Shown: in pieces, positions 28,600 through 37,903 of the stretch
Layout of the letters: the number at the start of each line of letters is the position of its first letter
Numbering within the stretch: position 1 is the first letter of the stretch
Assembly: GCA_002840365.1 (NCBI GenBank)
Contig: PHAO01000001.1
Location: forward strand, 367,514 to 431,513
From: Candidatus Dojkabacteria bacterium HGW-Dojkabacteria-1
Lineage (GTDB): Bacteria > Patescibacteriota > Dojkabacteria > SC72
Length of the DNA: 64,000 nt
Direction: 5' to 3'
Notes under the pieces: model-generated
What the model was told of the DNA's origin: nothing
The model's input: only the letters and a program-made list of their open reading frames with translations
The model's database searches: none
Translations under genes and position numbers: made by a program

Positions 28600-31278
28600 A
28601 TGAATGATACACATGCACAAGAAATACAAACTATTTTTAATGCTCTAAGTAGTAGCAAAAAGGGTCTTTCAAGTATCGAAGCAAAAAAAAGAATAGAACA
28701 GTATGGTGAGAATACTCTACCTGATGGAAGTAAAACATCTATTTTTAAAATAATCCTAAACAACACAAACAATATTCTTACATATGTACTTGGTGGTGCT
28801 GCCCTTATTTCATATATCCTGGGTCATCAAATTGATACATACGTTATACTTTCTGTTTTAGTAATAAATGTTGCAATTGCAACTCGTCATGAATTAAAAG
28901 CAGCAAATACAATAAATGGATTAAAGTCATTAGCAGCTCCTAAGTGTGTAGCACTAAGGAATGGTCATATCACAAAGATAAATGCATCAGAATTAGTACC
29001 AGGAGATATTGTTTTACTAAAGGAGGGTGACAAAGTCCCAGCTGATTGTAGGGTTGTTAGTGCAAAAAATCTTGCAGTGATTGAATCTTCTTTAACAGGA
29101 GAAGCTAAAGCTGTAAACAAAATGGAGGGAGTATTAATAAAAGAAACGATGCTGGGAGACAGATCAAATATGGTACATATGGGAACTATCGTAACTGCAG
29201 GAGAGGCAAGAGCAATTGTAGTTTCTACTGGTTTAGGTACTGAAATTGGGAAAATAGCAAAAAACATATCTGAAATAAAAGAGGAGAAAACTCTTTTTGA
29301 TATCCGTACAGAGAAATTGATGCAGACAATGATTATTATTGCACTCTCTACTGCATCTTTAACCTTTTTGATTGGTTTAATTAGAAGATTAGAAATATCA
29401 GAGCTTTTTCTGTTTACTACTGCATCTTTAGTATCTGCAATACCTGAAGGTTTACCAGCAGTACTTACTATCGCACTTTCTATTGCTGCTTACAGAATGG
29501 GAACAAGAAAAGCAGTAGTTAAAAACCTCTCAAGTATAGAAACACTTTCATCAGTTACCACCATTGTTACCGACAAAACTGGTACATTAACAAAAAATAC
29601 AATGACTGTAGAAAGAATATACTTGCCAGATGGTAGAAATATTGAAGTAACGGGTAAGGACTGGACTCCTAAAGGTAAATTTATTCTTCAAGGAAATGAA
29701 ATTTCTCCACAAAAAGATGAAATACTATCTGTTTTGTTACCATTTCTTTCAGTAGTAAACAACTCCAGACTATTAAAAGGAAAGACATATTCAATTATTG
29801 GGGATCCTACTGAAGCTTCTAGGTTAGTTCTTGCTAGAAAAGCAGGGTATGTTCAAAAGAAACTATTGAAAGAAAGATACAAGATTCTTGATGAAATACC
29901 CTACGGGCAAGATACGAAATACAGAGGTGCAATTATTAGAGATAGGATAGAAAAAAAGAACTATTTGGTTATAGTTGGTGCTTCTGAAAAGGTTTTTGCC
30001 AGATCTAAAAATACTATCATTGGAGAACTAAATCCGAACAAGAAGAAGGAAATAAATCATACTATTAATTCATGGACAAAAGAGGCAATGAGAGTTCAGG
30101 CCTTAGCATTCAAGGAAACAGTAAAAGAAAGTTTTGATGAAGAAAAAGTTGATAATCTTACATTTGGTTGTATATTAGGTATTCTTGATCCTGTTAGAGA
30201 TGATGTTTCTGAAGCTGTTCTTAAAGCAAAAAACGCTGGAATACATGTCATTATGGCTACAGGAGATCATAAAGAAACAGCTATCTCAATTGCAAAAAAA
30301 GTAGGAATAATAGATGAAAATAGTACAGGTATACTTGCATATTCAGAAGATGAGGTATGCAATATGAGTGACAAAGAATTCAAAAAGGCAGTTAAAGAAG
30401 TATCTGTATTTTCAAGATTAACTCCATCTACAAAATTAAGAATAGCAGAAAGTTTACAAGCTGAAGGAGAGATTGTCGCTATGACAGGTGATGGTGTAAA
30501 TGATGCTATGGCAATTAAAAAAGCAAATGTAGGAATATCAATGGGGAATATTGGAACGGATGCGGCTAGAGAAGCAAGTGATATTGTAATCATGGATGAT
30601 AATTTTGCTACCATCGTAAATGCAATAGAAGAAGGTTTAACAGTATTTAGAAATATTAAACAAACAAGTACATACTTGGTGACTACAAATCTTTCTGAAG
30701 ATTTCTTTATTATTGTTGCCTTAATAATAGGTACACCTCTTCCTTTGCTCCCTATTCAAATACTTTGGCTTAATCTTTTAACCGACGGTCTGTTAGATGT
30801 CTCTTTGGCCATGGAGAAACCAGGCAAGGATGTTTGGGCAAGGGGAATTGTTAACAAAAAAGAAAATATTATTAACAAAGAAACTCTGCCTTTAATTGTG
30901 ATAAATATTCTAACCATGGGTGTAATTGCATTAATAACCTTCAACGCAATACTGCCCGAAGGATTAGACAAAGCAAGAACAAGTGTATTTATAGTTATGA
31001 CTTTTTCTCAAATATTTTTTGCTTTCAATATGAGGTCAATGAGATACTCACTGTTTAAGATTGGAGTATTTACTAATAGGTATGTATTTCTTGCAGGTAT
31101 AACATCGTTAATACTAGGTATTTTACTAATAGAGATTCCATTCCTTGCAAATATCTTTAGATTTGATAATCTGGAGATTTTAGACTTTGCGAAGTTCTTT
31201 GTAATATCACTTCTTGTACTTGTTGTTGGGGAATCTTACAAGCTATTTATGGGGAAATATCGGGGAGACAGGACTTGA
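28600..31278 (+). CDS. P-type cation-transporting ATPase (PII-type, Ca2+/Mg2+-like)
   Basis: DKTGTLT, TGES-like actuator, MTGDGVNDAMAIKKANVGISMG hinge, 10 TM layout; last 19 nt overlap tRNA-Pro on opposite strand. Confidence 0.9.
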   Translation: MNDTHAQEIQTIFNALSSSKKGLSSIEAKKRIEQYGENTLPDGSKTSIFKIILNNTNNILTYVLGGAALISYILGHQIDTYVILSVLVINVAIATRHELKAANTINGLKSLAAPKCVALRNGHITKINASELVPGDIVLLKEGDKVPADCRVVSAKNLAVIESSLTGEAKAVNKMEGVLIKETMLGDRSNMVHMGTIVTAGEARAIVVSTGLGTEIGKIAKNISEIKEEKTLFDIRTEKLMQTMIIIALSTASLTFLIGLIRRLEISELFLFTTASLVSAIPEGLPAVLTIALSIAAYRMGTRKAVVKNLSSIETLSSVTTIVTDKTGTLTKNTMTVERIYLPDGRNIEVTGKDWTPKGKFILQGNEISPQKDEILSVLLPFLSVVNNSRLLKGKTYSIIGDPTEASRLVLARKAGYVQKKLLKERYKILDEIPYGQDTKYRGAIIRDRIEKKNYLVIVGASEKVFARSKNTIIGELNPNKKKEINHTINSWTKEAMRVQALAFKETVKESFDEEKVDNLTFGCILGILDPVRDDVSEAVLKAKNAGIHVIMATGDHKETAISIAKKVGIIDENSTGILAYSEDEVCNMSDKEFKKAVKEVSVFSRLTPSTKLRIAESLQAEGEIVAMTGDGVNDAMAIKKANVGISMGNIGTDAAREASDIVIMDDNFATIVNAIEEGLTVFRNIKQTSTYLVTTNLSEDFFIIVALIIGTPLPLLPIQILWLNLLTDGLLDVSLAMEKPGKDVWARGIVNKKENIINKETLPLIVINILTMGVIALITFNAILPEGLDKARTSVFIVMTFSQIFFAFNMRSMRYSLFKIGVFTNRYVFLAGITSLILGILLIEIPFLANIFRFDNLEILDFAKFFVISLLVLVVGESYKLFMGKYRGDRT

Positions 31279-31333
31279 ACCTGCGGCCTCTGCGTCCCAA
31301 ACGCAGCGTTCTAGCCAACTGAACTACTCCCCG
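31260..31333 (-). tRNA. tRNA-Pro (anticodon UGG)
   Basis: Reverse complement gives CGGGGAG acceptor, D-arm TAGTTCAGTTGGCTAGAAC, anticodon loop TTTGGGA, T-arm GCAGGTTCAAGTCCTGT, CTCCCCG acceptor. Confidence 0.85.
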
Positions 31334-31372
31334 GTGACAAATGATTTTATCACACTATGAAACTACTGTACA

Positions 31373-33787
31373 TTACCTTATTTGTATACCTTGCATTTGC
31401 AATCCTTTAAAGTATTGCCTATTTAATCTTGATTGGAAGGTAGCTGTAGCAGACCAAGCACCTTGTAAATCATCAGCATCCCAGAATCGTATTCTCCAGT
31501 AATATATTGTATCATCCGATACAAGCGCTGTTCCATTATATACATATGCAGGCGACCTTGTTCCTTGTGTGACATTGGTTGATGTTTTTCCAGAATTCCA
31601 CATCACAGTACCTCCGAAATTAGATGCGGTATTAACATTAATTTCATATGCGGTAGCATTGTGATTATTAGGGTCATTGTAAATTGCTGAGAAAGAAGGA
31701 GTTAATGTAAGGATATAGTTAGGATTTGTCATACCATCAGTTTGTAGTGCTGTAGGAGCTGTTGGAGCCCCTTGCATAATAAAACTGGATGTAGAAGACC
31801 ATGGACTCTCACTATCTACATTATCCCAGAACTTTATCCTCCAGTAGTAGGTATTTCCATTTGTTGTGAGTGCATTACCTGCATAGGAGACATCAGTCAT
31901 TCTAGCACCGTTCGCAACAGAAGACATAGAAGTTTTTCCACTATCCCACATACTAGTACCTCCAAAGTTTGATGCTGTATTTACCTGTATTTGATATGAA
32001 GCTCCTGTGTGACATGAGGCAGTATCTGCATCGTTAAAGATAGCACTAAATTCTGGTGTTAAATCAGTTACATTATTTGGTGTTGCAACTCCTTCTGAGA
32101 GTAATGATGTTGGAGCTGTCGGAGCTGTATTCATTTTAAAGTTTGCCGTTGCAGACCACGCTCCAACAGTACCATTTACATCAGTAAAACGTACTCTCCA
32201 GTAGTAAGTGATACCATTGTGTGAAAGAGGTGTTGCACTAGCATACGAGATATCAGGAGACCTTGCTCCATTAGCAGTAGAGGTCATCGATACTTGCCCA
32301 CTATTCCACATTACAGTTCCAGTAAATGAGGAATTGGTATTTACGTGTATTTCATACATATTACAGTTATCTGGATCTGGATCATTGCATATTGCACTAA
32401 ATTCGGGTGTAATATCTGAAACACAGGTAGGATTTGTTGCTCCTTCGGTTAATAGCAATGTAGGGGCCGTAGGAGCCTGATTCATTCTAAAGTTTGCAGT
32501 AGCTGACCATGCTCCAACAGTACCATATTGATCTGTAAATCTAATACGCCAATAATATGTAGAGCCATCAAGAGCTAGTTGCGTTGAGCTAGAATATGAA
32601 ATATCAGGAGACCTTGCTCCATTTGCAGTAGAGGTCATCGATACTTGTCCGCTATTCCACATAACGGTTCCCGTAAATGAAGAGTTTGTGTTTACATGAA
32701 TTTCATAATAGGTACAGTTATGACCATCAGGATCATTACATATGGCACTAAATTCAGGTGTGAGGTCTGTTACTCTAGTAGGATTTGTTACTCCCTCTGT
32801 AAGTAGTGATGAAGGAGCGGTTGGCGCAGTATTCATTCTAAAAGATGCTGCAGATGACCATGCTCCTTCAGCATTTGAGTTATCCCAGAATTTAATTCTC
32901 CAGTAGTATATTTGTCCATTAAGGGTAAGATTAGAATTACCATATGATTTATCAGGCATTCGTGCTCCAACAGCCAAAGCAGTCATGGAAGTTTTTCCAC
33001 TATCCCACATAACAGTTCCATTAAAAGCAGAAGAGGTGTTAACTTGTATTTGATAATAAATGGCGGTGTCACCAGAGTTCGGGTCATTAAAGATGGCACT
33101 AAATTCGGGAGTAAGATCTGTTACACCAACAGGGTTAGTTTGCCCTTCTGCAAGTAATGATGTGGGGGCTGTAGGAGCGGCATTTGTTAAAACAAAGTTC
33201 GCTGTCACTGTAATGTTTGAGGTTACATTTGTATGTGTTCTTGGATTTGTGGTAGAACCATCACTCCAGTTTTGGAAAGCATACCCCGTATTTGCAACTG
33301 CTGTTACTGCAGTACCATTACTACCTCTACAAACGGATTGAGGGGTTGTACCTGATATATATCCTCCTGTACCAGCATTGTAGGTAAGTGTATATTTTAA
33401 TAAATAACAGGTTCTATAGCTTGTACCACAGGAAGTACCAGTACAATATGTACGTGTACAAGAAGTAGAAGTTGTAGAACAACCTGTATTAGTTTCTGTA
33501 TATCCAGCAGGACATCCAGGAGGAGAACAGCTTTCACAACTTCCGCGGTCACAACAATAACCAGAATGGCATTCCTCTCCTGAAATACATGCACAGACTG
33601 GTGACCTTAATACACATCCTCCAGAGCCTGTACATATACCAATACCACTATTCCAGTAACATCCAGATCTACATTGTGCTGATAAAGGGGAGGTATGCAC
33701 GATATATATGCCAAGAAAAAAGAAAATGAAGAGAAAAAAGGAAAGAATATATGAAATAGTTTTTTTCTTAATAGTTAGTCTAATCAT
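31373..33787 (-). CDS. Secreted adhesin-like protein: signal/TM, extreme Cys-rich module, Flg_new/InlB-B-repeat-like domain, six tandem FN3-like repeats
   Basis: About 40 Cys in first 130 aa; GYAFQNWSDGSTTNPRT...VTANF; 6x (N.APTAP..L..G.TNP..V.DLTPEFSAI.NDP...Y.I.VNT...F.GTVMW.SG..S......GAR..D.SY......G.TYYWRI.F.D..G..GAWS....F.M). Confidence 0.6.
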   Translation of the reverse strand: MIRLTIKKKTISYILSFFLFIFFFLGIYIVHTSPLSAQCRSGCYWNSGIGICTGSGGCVLRSPVCACISGEECHSGYCCDRGSCESCSPPGCPAGYTETNTGCSTTSTSCTRTYCTGTSCGTSYRTCYLLKYTLTYNAGTGGYISGTTPQSVCRGSNGTAVTAVANTGYAFQNWSDGSTTNPRTHTNVTSNITVTANFVLTNAAPTAPTSLLAEGQTNPVGVTDLTPEFSAIFNDPNSGDTAIYYQIQVNTSSAFNGTVMWDSGKTSMTALAVGARMPDKSYGNSNLTLNGQIYYWRIKFWDNSNAEGAWSSAASFRMNTAPTAPSSLLTEGVTNPTRVTDLTPEFSAICNDPDGHNCTYYEIHVNTNSSFTGTVMWNSGQVSMTSTANGARSPDISYSSSTQLALDGSTYYWRIRFTDQYGTVGAWSATANFRMNQAPTAPTLLLTEGATNPTCVSDITPEFSAICNDPDPDNCNMYEIHVNTNSSFTGTVMWNSGQVSMTSTANGARSPDISYASATPLSHNGITYYWRVRFTDVNGTVGAWSATANFKMNTAPTAPTSLLSEGVATPNNVTDLTPEFSAIFNDADTASCHTGASYQIQVNTASNFGGTSMWDSGKTSMSSVANGARMTDVSYAGNALTTNGNTYYWRIKFWDNVDSESPWSSTSSFIMQGAPTAPTALQTDGMTNPNYILTLTPSFSAIYNDPNNHNATAYEINVNTASNFGGTVMWNSGKTSTNVTQGTRSPAYVYNGTALVSDDTIYYWRIRFWDADDLQGAWSATATFQSRLNRQYFKGLQMQGIQIR
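31400..33190 (-). repeat. Six tandem ~300-bp (≈100-aa) coding repeats; repeats 2 and 3 nearly identical over long stretches
   Basis: Identical peptide runs NTNSSFTGTVMWNSGQVSMTSTANGARSPDISY and GTVGAWSATANF in adjacent units; DNA-level identity visible (attccacat[at]ac[ga]gttcc[ca]gtaaatga). Confidence 0.7.
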
Positions 33788-34331
33788 TCTTTCTATTACG
33801 TTCTGAATATGTTCCTAAAAACCACCCTATTGCAGTAAATATTGGAATTAAAATACCTAATATTATGTAACCAATATAGCTATTAGAGGAATTTCCCTTT
33901 ATATTTTTTTGTTCATCTTCTGTTTCATCAACAAATATTTCTGTTTCAGTCACAACCATTGTTATTAATGGTTCTTTATTCCCAGAATTTCCAGTTTCAA
34001 TATATACAGGATAACTACCTTTAGGTAATCCTAGTACTGTAAAAAGAGCAAACCAATTCCCATTGCTATCTACACTTGATTCAACTACCTTATCTTCATA
34101 CAAAATTTTAATAGAGGTATTAGGACTTCCAAACCCAGATATCTTAACATTATCTCCCTCTATTACTTTTAAAAAACCTTCTTCTTCACCCTCTCTTATC
34201 TCATTATTAACAGCTACATAGTCTAAATTAGGATTTGGTTTGTATATTAAGTCTTGAGAATACAAATATGTTATAGATGTAGATGATAGGATTAAAAAAA
34301 AGGAAATTGTTATGAAGAGTTTCTGAAACAT
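33780..34331 (-). CDS. Small surface protein with signal peptide, beta-sandwich-like domain and C-terminal TM; 8-nt overlap with downstream adhesin gene
   Basis: N-terminal hydrophobic signal, C-terminal IGYIILGILIPIFTAIGWFLG TM; operon with 31373..33787. Confidence 0.4.
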   Translation of the reverse strand: MFQKLFITISFFLILSSTSITYLYSQDLIYKPNPNLDYVAVNNEIREGEEEGFLKVIEGDNVKISGFGSPNTSIKILYEDKVVESSVDSNGNWFALFTVLGLPKGSYPVYIETGNSGNKEPLITMVVTETEIFVDETEDEQKNIKGNSSNSYIGYIILGILIPIFTAIGWFLGTYSERNRKND

Positions 34332-34429
34332 ATGAGTTTTAACAAGTAATTATTATCCAATTTTAAATGTTTATGATATATTGTCAAATTGTATATTGCA
34401 CTTCACATTAATACTTTGTACTATGGTAA

Positions 34430-37345
34430 TTGATAAGATATATAACCTCAAAATTTATCAATATGGATAATAGCATTATTGCTAAGTATAGAGTGAAGAA
34501 ATATTTAAAAATATTCTCTATCATTCTTTTTCTTTCTTTTATTTCTTTAATAATTTATTCGTTTATACGATCGGAGCCAAAAGAAATAATCTTTTCAAAT
34601 GTTAGTTCGAGCTCCATAACTGTTAGTTGGTCTTCAAAGTCAGCAACTCCAGGTTTGGCTTATGTTATTGAGAAAGATGGTTTAATACCTTTCTCTATTC
34701 TAACTTTGGGCAAAGATTTGTATTATGACACAAGAGATATTAGAGAAAAGGAATTACAGGATACACAAAAAACCATGGAGAACACCTTTTCAAATAATTC
34801 AGCTCCAATCTTTTTTGATAATTTTGTAAGTAGCATAGGTATCATTAAGCAAGGAAAATATTATACCCATCATGTAGAGATAAAGAATCTTAAACCAGAA
34901 TCTGAATATGAAATAATGATTGGAGATGGCATTATCTTTAGAAAAGCTATTTCTTTAAATGATAATTCTTTAGTTACTACAACTAAGGTACCTGAACAGA
35001 TATTTACACCTGTTCCAAGATATGGAGCAATTAAAGATGCTGAAGGAATGAATACTCCTGTAGATGAATTAATTTCCCTATCAGATGGTGTCGTATACTT
35101 GAATTACTTTGATGAAGCAACCAAAGAGAGGAGTAATATATTTTCGAGTCCTCTTAATTCGGAAGGGAATTGGTATATCGATAGCTCAAGCGCAGTCGAT
35201 AAAGAAGGAGATTCTTTTATCAATAAATATATAGATTCACTCCCAACAAATATCTTAGTAGAATTAAGAATTGATGCTGGTCCTAAGGGAATTTGGGAAA
35301 AAACTATTCCTGTCGAAGTAACTACACCCGCAGACACAATTGTAATTAACGACCCTGAATTGGTAAAGGAAGATGGTTTAAATATTTTACAAAAAGTAGA
35401 GGCAAATAATTTTATAAATGAAAATTTGGTTAAGGGTGTTAATGCTAATTCATGTGTATTTGTGGGTTTCTGTGCCTGTGGTGAGAATGTCGGTGGAACA
35501 TGGAAAGACTGTAGTACCTGTGATCAAGCCACATGGAATGCTAGAAAATGTGATAAAAATCAACAATCATTGTCATCAGCTATTCAGGAAATTGCAAAAG
35601 ATCCACAAAATAGAAATTGTGGTGGAGGGGGAGTCCCAAATTCTACAGCCTTAATTAGCGGTGTATGTAAAAGATGTACAGATGGAAGATGGCAAAATAC
35701 CGATGCTAGTGGATGTTCGAATATTTCTCAAAATGGAGCAATAGATCAATCGGGTGGTGTTACTGTGACAGATGACGATGATGATGGGCAGCCACCACTA
35801 GAAGCACAAAAAAGGGTTATTGTTGTTATTGCTGGTCAAAATGAAAATCTTGCATGTAATCAACCACTAGATGAAGTTGCTCGTGGCTGTCAGTGCTTCT
35901 ACCCAGTCAGAGTAGGTATGGGAAGAAGGGAAAATATTAATTATGGACAATCTTGTACAGCTGTGAGTCTTCCTGCAGTAATAAATGAGGAAGTTACTAA
36001 TGAAGTAGTTCAGCAGTGTCACGAATCAACAGCAGCAAATGCCACGATTACCCTACCCGGATCAAACACTATTGCTATCTGTGTAAATGGAAGAATTGTT
36101 GAAACCGTAGCGAATGCCGTTGATACCACATGGAGTGGAGCCGTAAATTTCTCAAATACAGTATTATCTGTTGCACAAGCAGGGCCAATAGGAATTTTAA
36201 ATGACATTACGACTAAAGCACTCGAAACACAAGAACGGGTCCAAGATGTTGTACTCTCTGTCCTTGCTCAAGGAATAGAGTACAGAGCAAGTTGTAGTAG
36301 GCTTATTTGTAGGTGTCCAGATGGAAGTGTTATAAACTGGGCAGGAGTATGTAGGGAGGTCTCATCCTGTTCTAACACCGATACTGATGGAAAAGTTTGT
36401 GACTACGCAGGTCATACCTGCCAAGCTGATAGATGCAACGGACCTAAAGTGAAAAGTGAACTCCAAAATTCCCCTAACTTTGTTTCAAAAGCATATGCAG
36501 TAGAAACACCAAACTATACTGAGTTTGTTCTTGATTCTCAAACTGGAATTCTTACAGGTATTGAAGCAGGAGTATATTCATTCGAACATGAAGGAGAAAG
36601 GTATTACTTCCAAGTTACTGATGAATTACTTGAAAGAAATAATGGGAAGGTATTTTTGTTTGTTGATTTAAATGGTAATGACAAATTCGATAAAGATGAT
36701 AAACCATTATCTGAATATGGCTCAGTTGTTAAAATAAGTACAGCAAAGCAAAAATACAACTATTCTCTAAAAACAGGATTTAATTTTGTTTCATTCCCAT
36801 TCTTAATAACAAATGAGGAAGCCAGAATGGCATCAGGATTAATAGAAACATTAAACAATACATATCAAGATGCAGTATTCTCTATATCAAAGTATGATGG
36901 TACATGGAAAATATTTGGGGTAAACGGTCAATCATATAGTGGTACTGACTTCCAGATAATACCTGGACAAGGCTATATTTTGAAAGCTATGAGAAATGTA
37001 GATATATCCCTTGTTGGTCAGCCTGTTGTTTTCGAAAAACAGGGAGATAACGCCCCAATAACCCTATACCCTGGATGGAACCTCATAGGAACATACGGAA
37101 CAAATGTAAAGAAATATACAGCAAAGAGTCTCATACAGGGCATAAATAGCTATGAACCTATCGATTTTACTGCAGATAATGTAAGTAGATGGGAATCAGA
37201 TGTACAGAGATATGATGGACTACAGATAACTAATGAAAATGGAATAGATATAGAGTATGGATTTGATTTCCCAATCAACAGCTTACAATCGTATTTTGTA
37301 AGAATCTTACAAGGAAAAGGTAACTGGCAACCTGAATTAAAGTAA
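34430..37345 (+). CDS. Large Cys-rich surface protein B: N-terminal TM + FN3-like domain, Cys-rich core, shared C-terminal domain
   Basis: TM; SITVSWSSK FN3-like; CxxC-rich core (CVFVGFCACGENVGGTWKDCSTCDQATWNARKCD...); C-terminal GFNFVSFPF...GWNLIGT block paralogous to 26442..28592. Confidence 0.5.
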   Translation: MIRYITSKFINMDNSIIAKYRVKKYLKIFSIILFLSFISLIIYSFIRSEPKEIIFSNVSSSSITVSWSSKSATPGLAYVIEKDGLIPFSILTLGKDLYYDTRDIREKELQDTQKTMENTFSNNSAPIFFDNFVSSIGIIKQGKYYTHHVEIKNLKPESEYEIMIGDGIIFRKAISLNDNSLVTTTKVPEQIFTPVPRYGAIKDAEGMNTPVDELISLSDGVVYLNYFDEATKERSNIFSSPLNSEGNWYIDSSSAVDKEGDSFINKYIDSLPTNILVELRIDAGPKGIWEKTIPVEVTTPADTIVINDPELVKEDGLNILQKVEANNFINENLVKGVNANSCVFVGFCACGENVGGTWKDCSTCDQATWNARKCDKNQQSLSSAIQEIAKDPQNRNCGGGGVPNSTALISGVCKRCTDGRWQNTDASGCSNISQNGAIDQSGGVTVTDDDDDGQPPLEAQKRVIVVIAGQNENLACNQPLDEVARGCQCFYPVRVGMGRRENINYGQSCTAVSLPAVINEEVTNEVVQQCHESTAANATITLPGSNTIAICVNGRIVETVANAVDTTWSGAVNFSNTVLSVAQAGPIGILNDITTKALETQERVQDVVLSVLAQGIEYRASCSRLICRCPDGSVINWAGVCREVSSCSNTDTDGKVCDYAGHTCQADRCNGPKVKSELQNSPNFVSKAYAVETPNYTEFVLDSQTGILTGIEAGVYSFEHEGERYYFQVTDELLERNNGKVFLFVDLNGNDKFDKDDKPLSEYGSVVKISTAKQKYNYSLKTGFNFVSFPFLITNEEARMASGLIETLNNTYQDAVFSISKYDGTWKIFGVNGQSYSGTDFQIIPGQGYILKAMRNVDISLVGQPVVFEKQGDNAPITLYPGWNLIGTYGTNVKKYTAKSLIQGINSYEPIDFTADNVSRWESDVQRYDGLQITNENGIDIEYGFDFPINSLQSYFVRILQGKGNWQPELK

Positions 37346-37366
37346 TTCTAGCTTAATAGATAAAAG

Positions 37367-37397
37367 AAAAAGGAGAGTATTTAGCTCTCCTTTTTTA
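37367..37397. terminator. Bidirectional intrinsic terminator AAGGAGAG-tatttag-CTCTCCTT + T-run between convergent genes
   Basis: 8-bp perfect stem, 7-nt loop, flanked by A-run/T-run. Confidence 0.55.
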
Positions 37398-37417
37398 ATT
37401 TCATTTAGAAAAGATAT

Positions 37418-37768
37418 TTAATCTGTTGCACTCATCAACTTTAATCCCCAATCGGAAAGTAATGGAACATCAAATCTTTCTCCACCATTAATTTTAATCA
37501 AGGCCATGATGAAAGCTACAAATGCAAGAAATCCAACTACAGGAGTTAACATCCAACCAATGACGGGAATCATTGCTAGAACAAATGTGACATTAAAAAT
37601 TGCAAATTGAGCAGCATGATATCTTACAAAAAGATCCTCTTTCTCTACAAACAGCATTATTAACCCAACAATTGGAATACATGACAACATTGCCATTGCC
37701 TTATTCTTTTCGTTAAATTTGATCTCCTCGAGGGTGTAGATCTTTTTGGCTTTCTTTTCTTCTGCCAT
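37418..37768 (-). CDS. DUF4870-like small membrane protein
   Basis: AMLSCIPIVGLIMLFVEKED...YHAAQFAIFNVTFVLAM pattern; 3 TM segments. Confidence 0.45.
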   Translation of the reverse strand: MAEEKKAKKIYTLEEIKFNEKNKAMAMLSCIPIVGLIMLFVEKEDLFVRYHAAQFAIFNVTFVLAMIPVIGWMLTPVVGFLAFVAFIMALIKINGGERFDVPLLSDWGLKLMSATD

Positions 37769-37797
37769 TATATTAGTTTAATTCACAAATTATATAC

Positions 37798-37897
37798 TTT
37801 CAGTATATACATATATAGGAAACACTTCAACGGTATACTATAAGTAGTTGCAGGGTATACTAGCGATGGTATACTAGAATAATAAGTTTAGTATACC
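37798..37897 (+). promoter_or_regulatory. Repeat cluster upstream of lexA: GTATATAC palindrome, 3 direct GGTATACTA copies (37832, 37854, 37868) and one inverted TAGTATACC (37889) - candidate LexA operator(s) and/or tandem extended -10 promoters
   Basis: Seen in sequence; last pair forms GGTATACTA-N12-TAGTATACC ending 7 nt before lexA ATG; TGGTATACT also fits TGnTATAMT extended -10. Confidence 0.4.
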
Positions 37898-37903
37898 TAA
37901 GCT

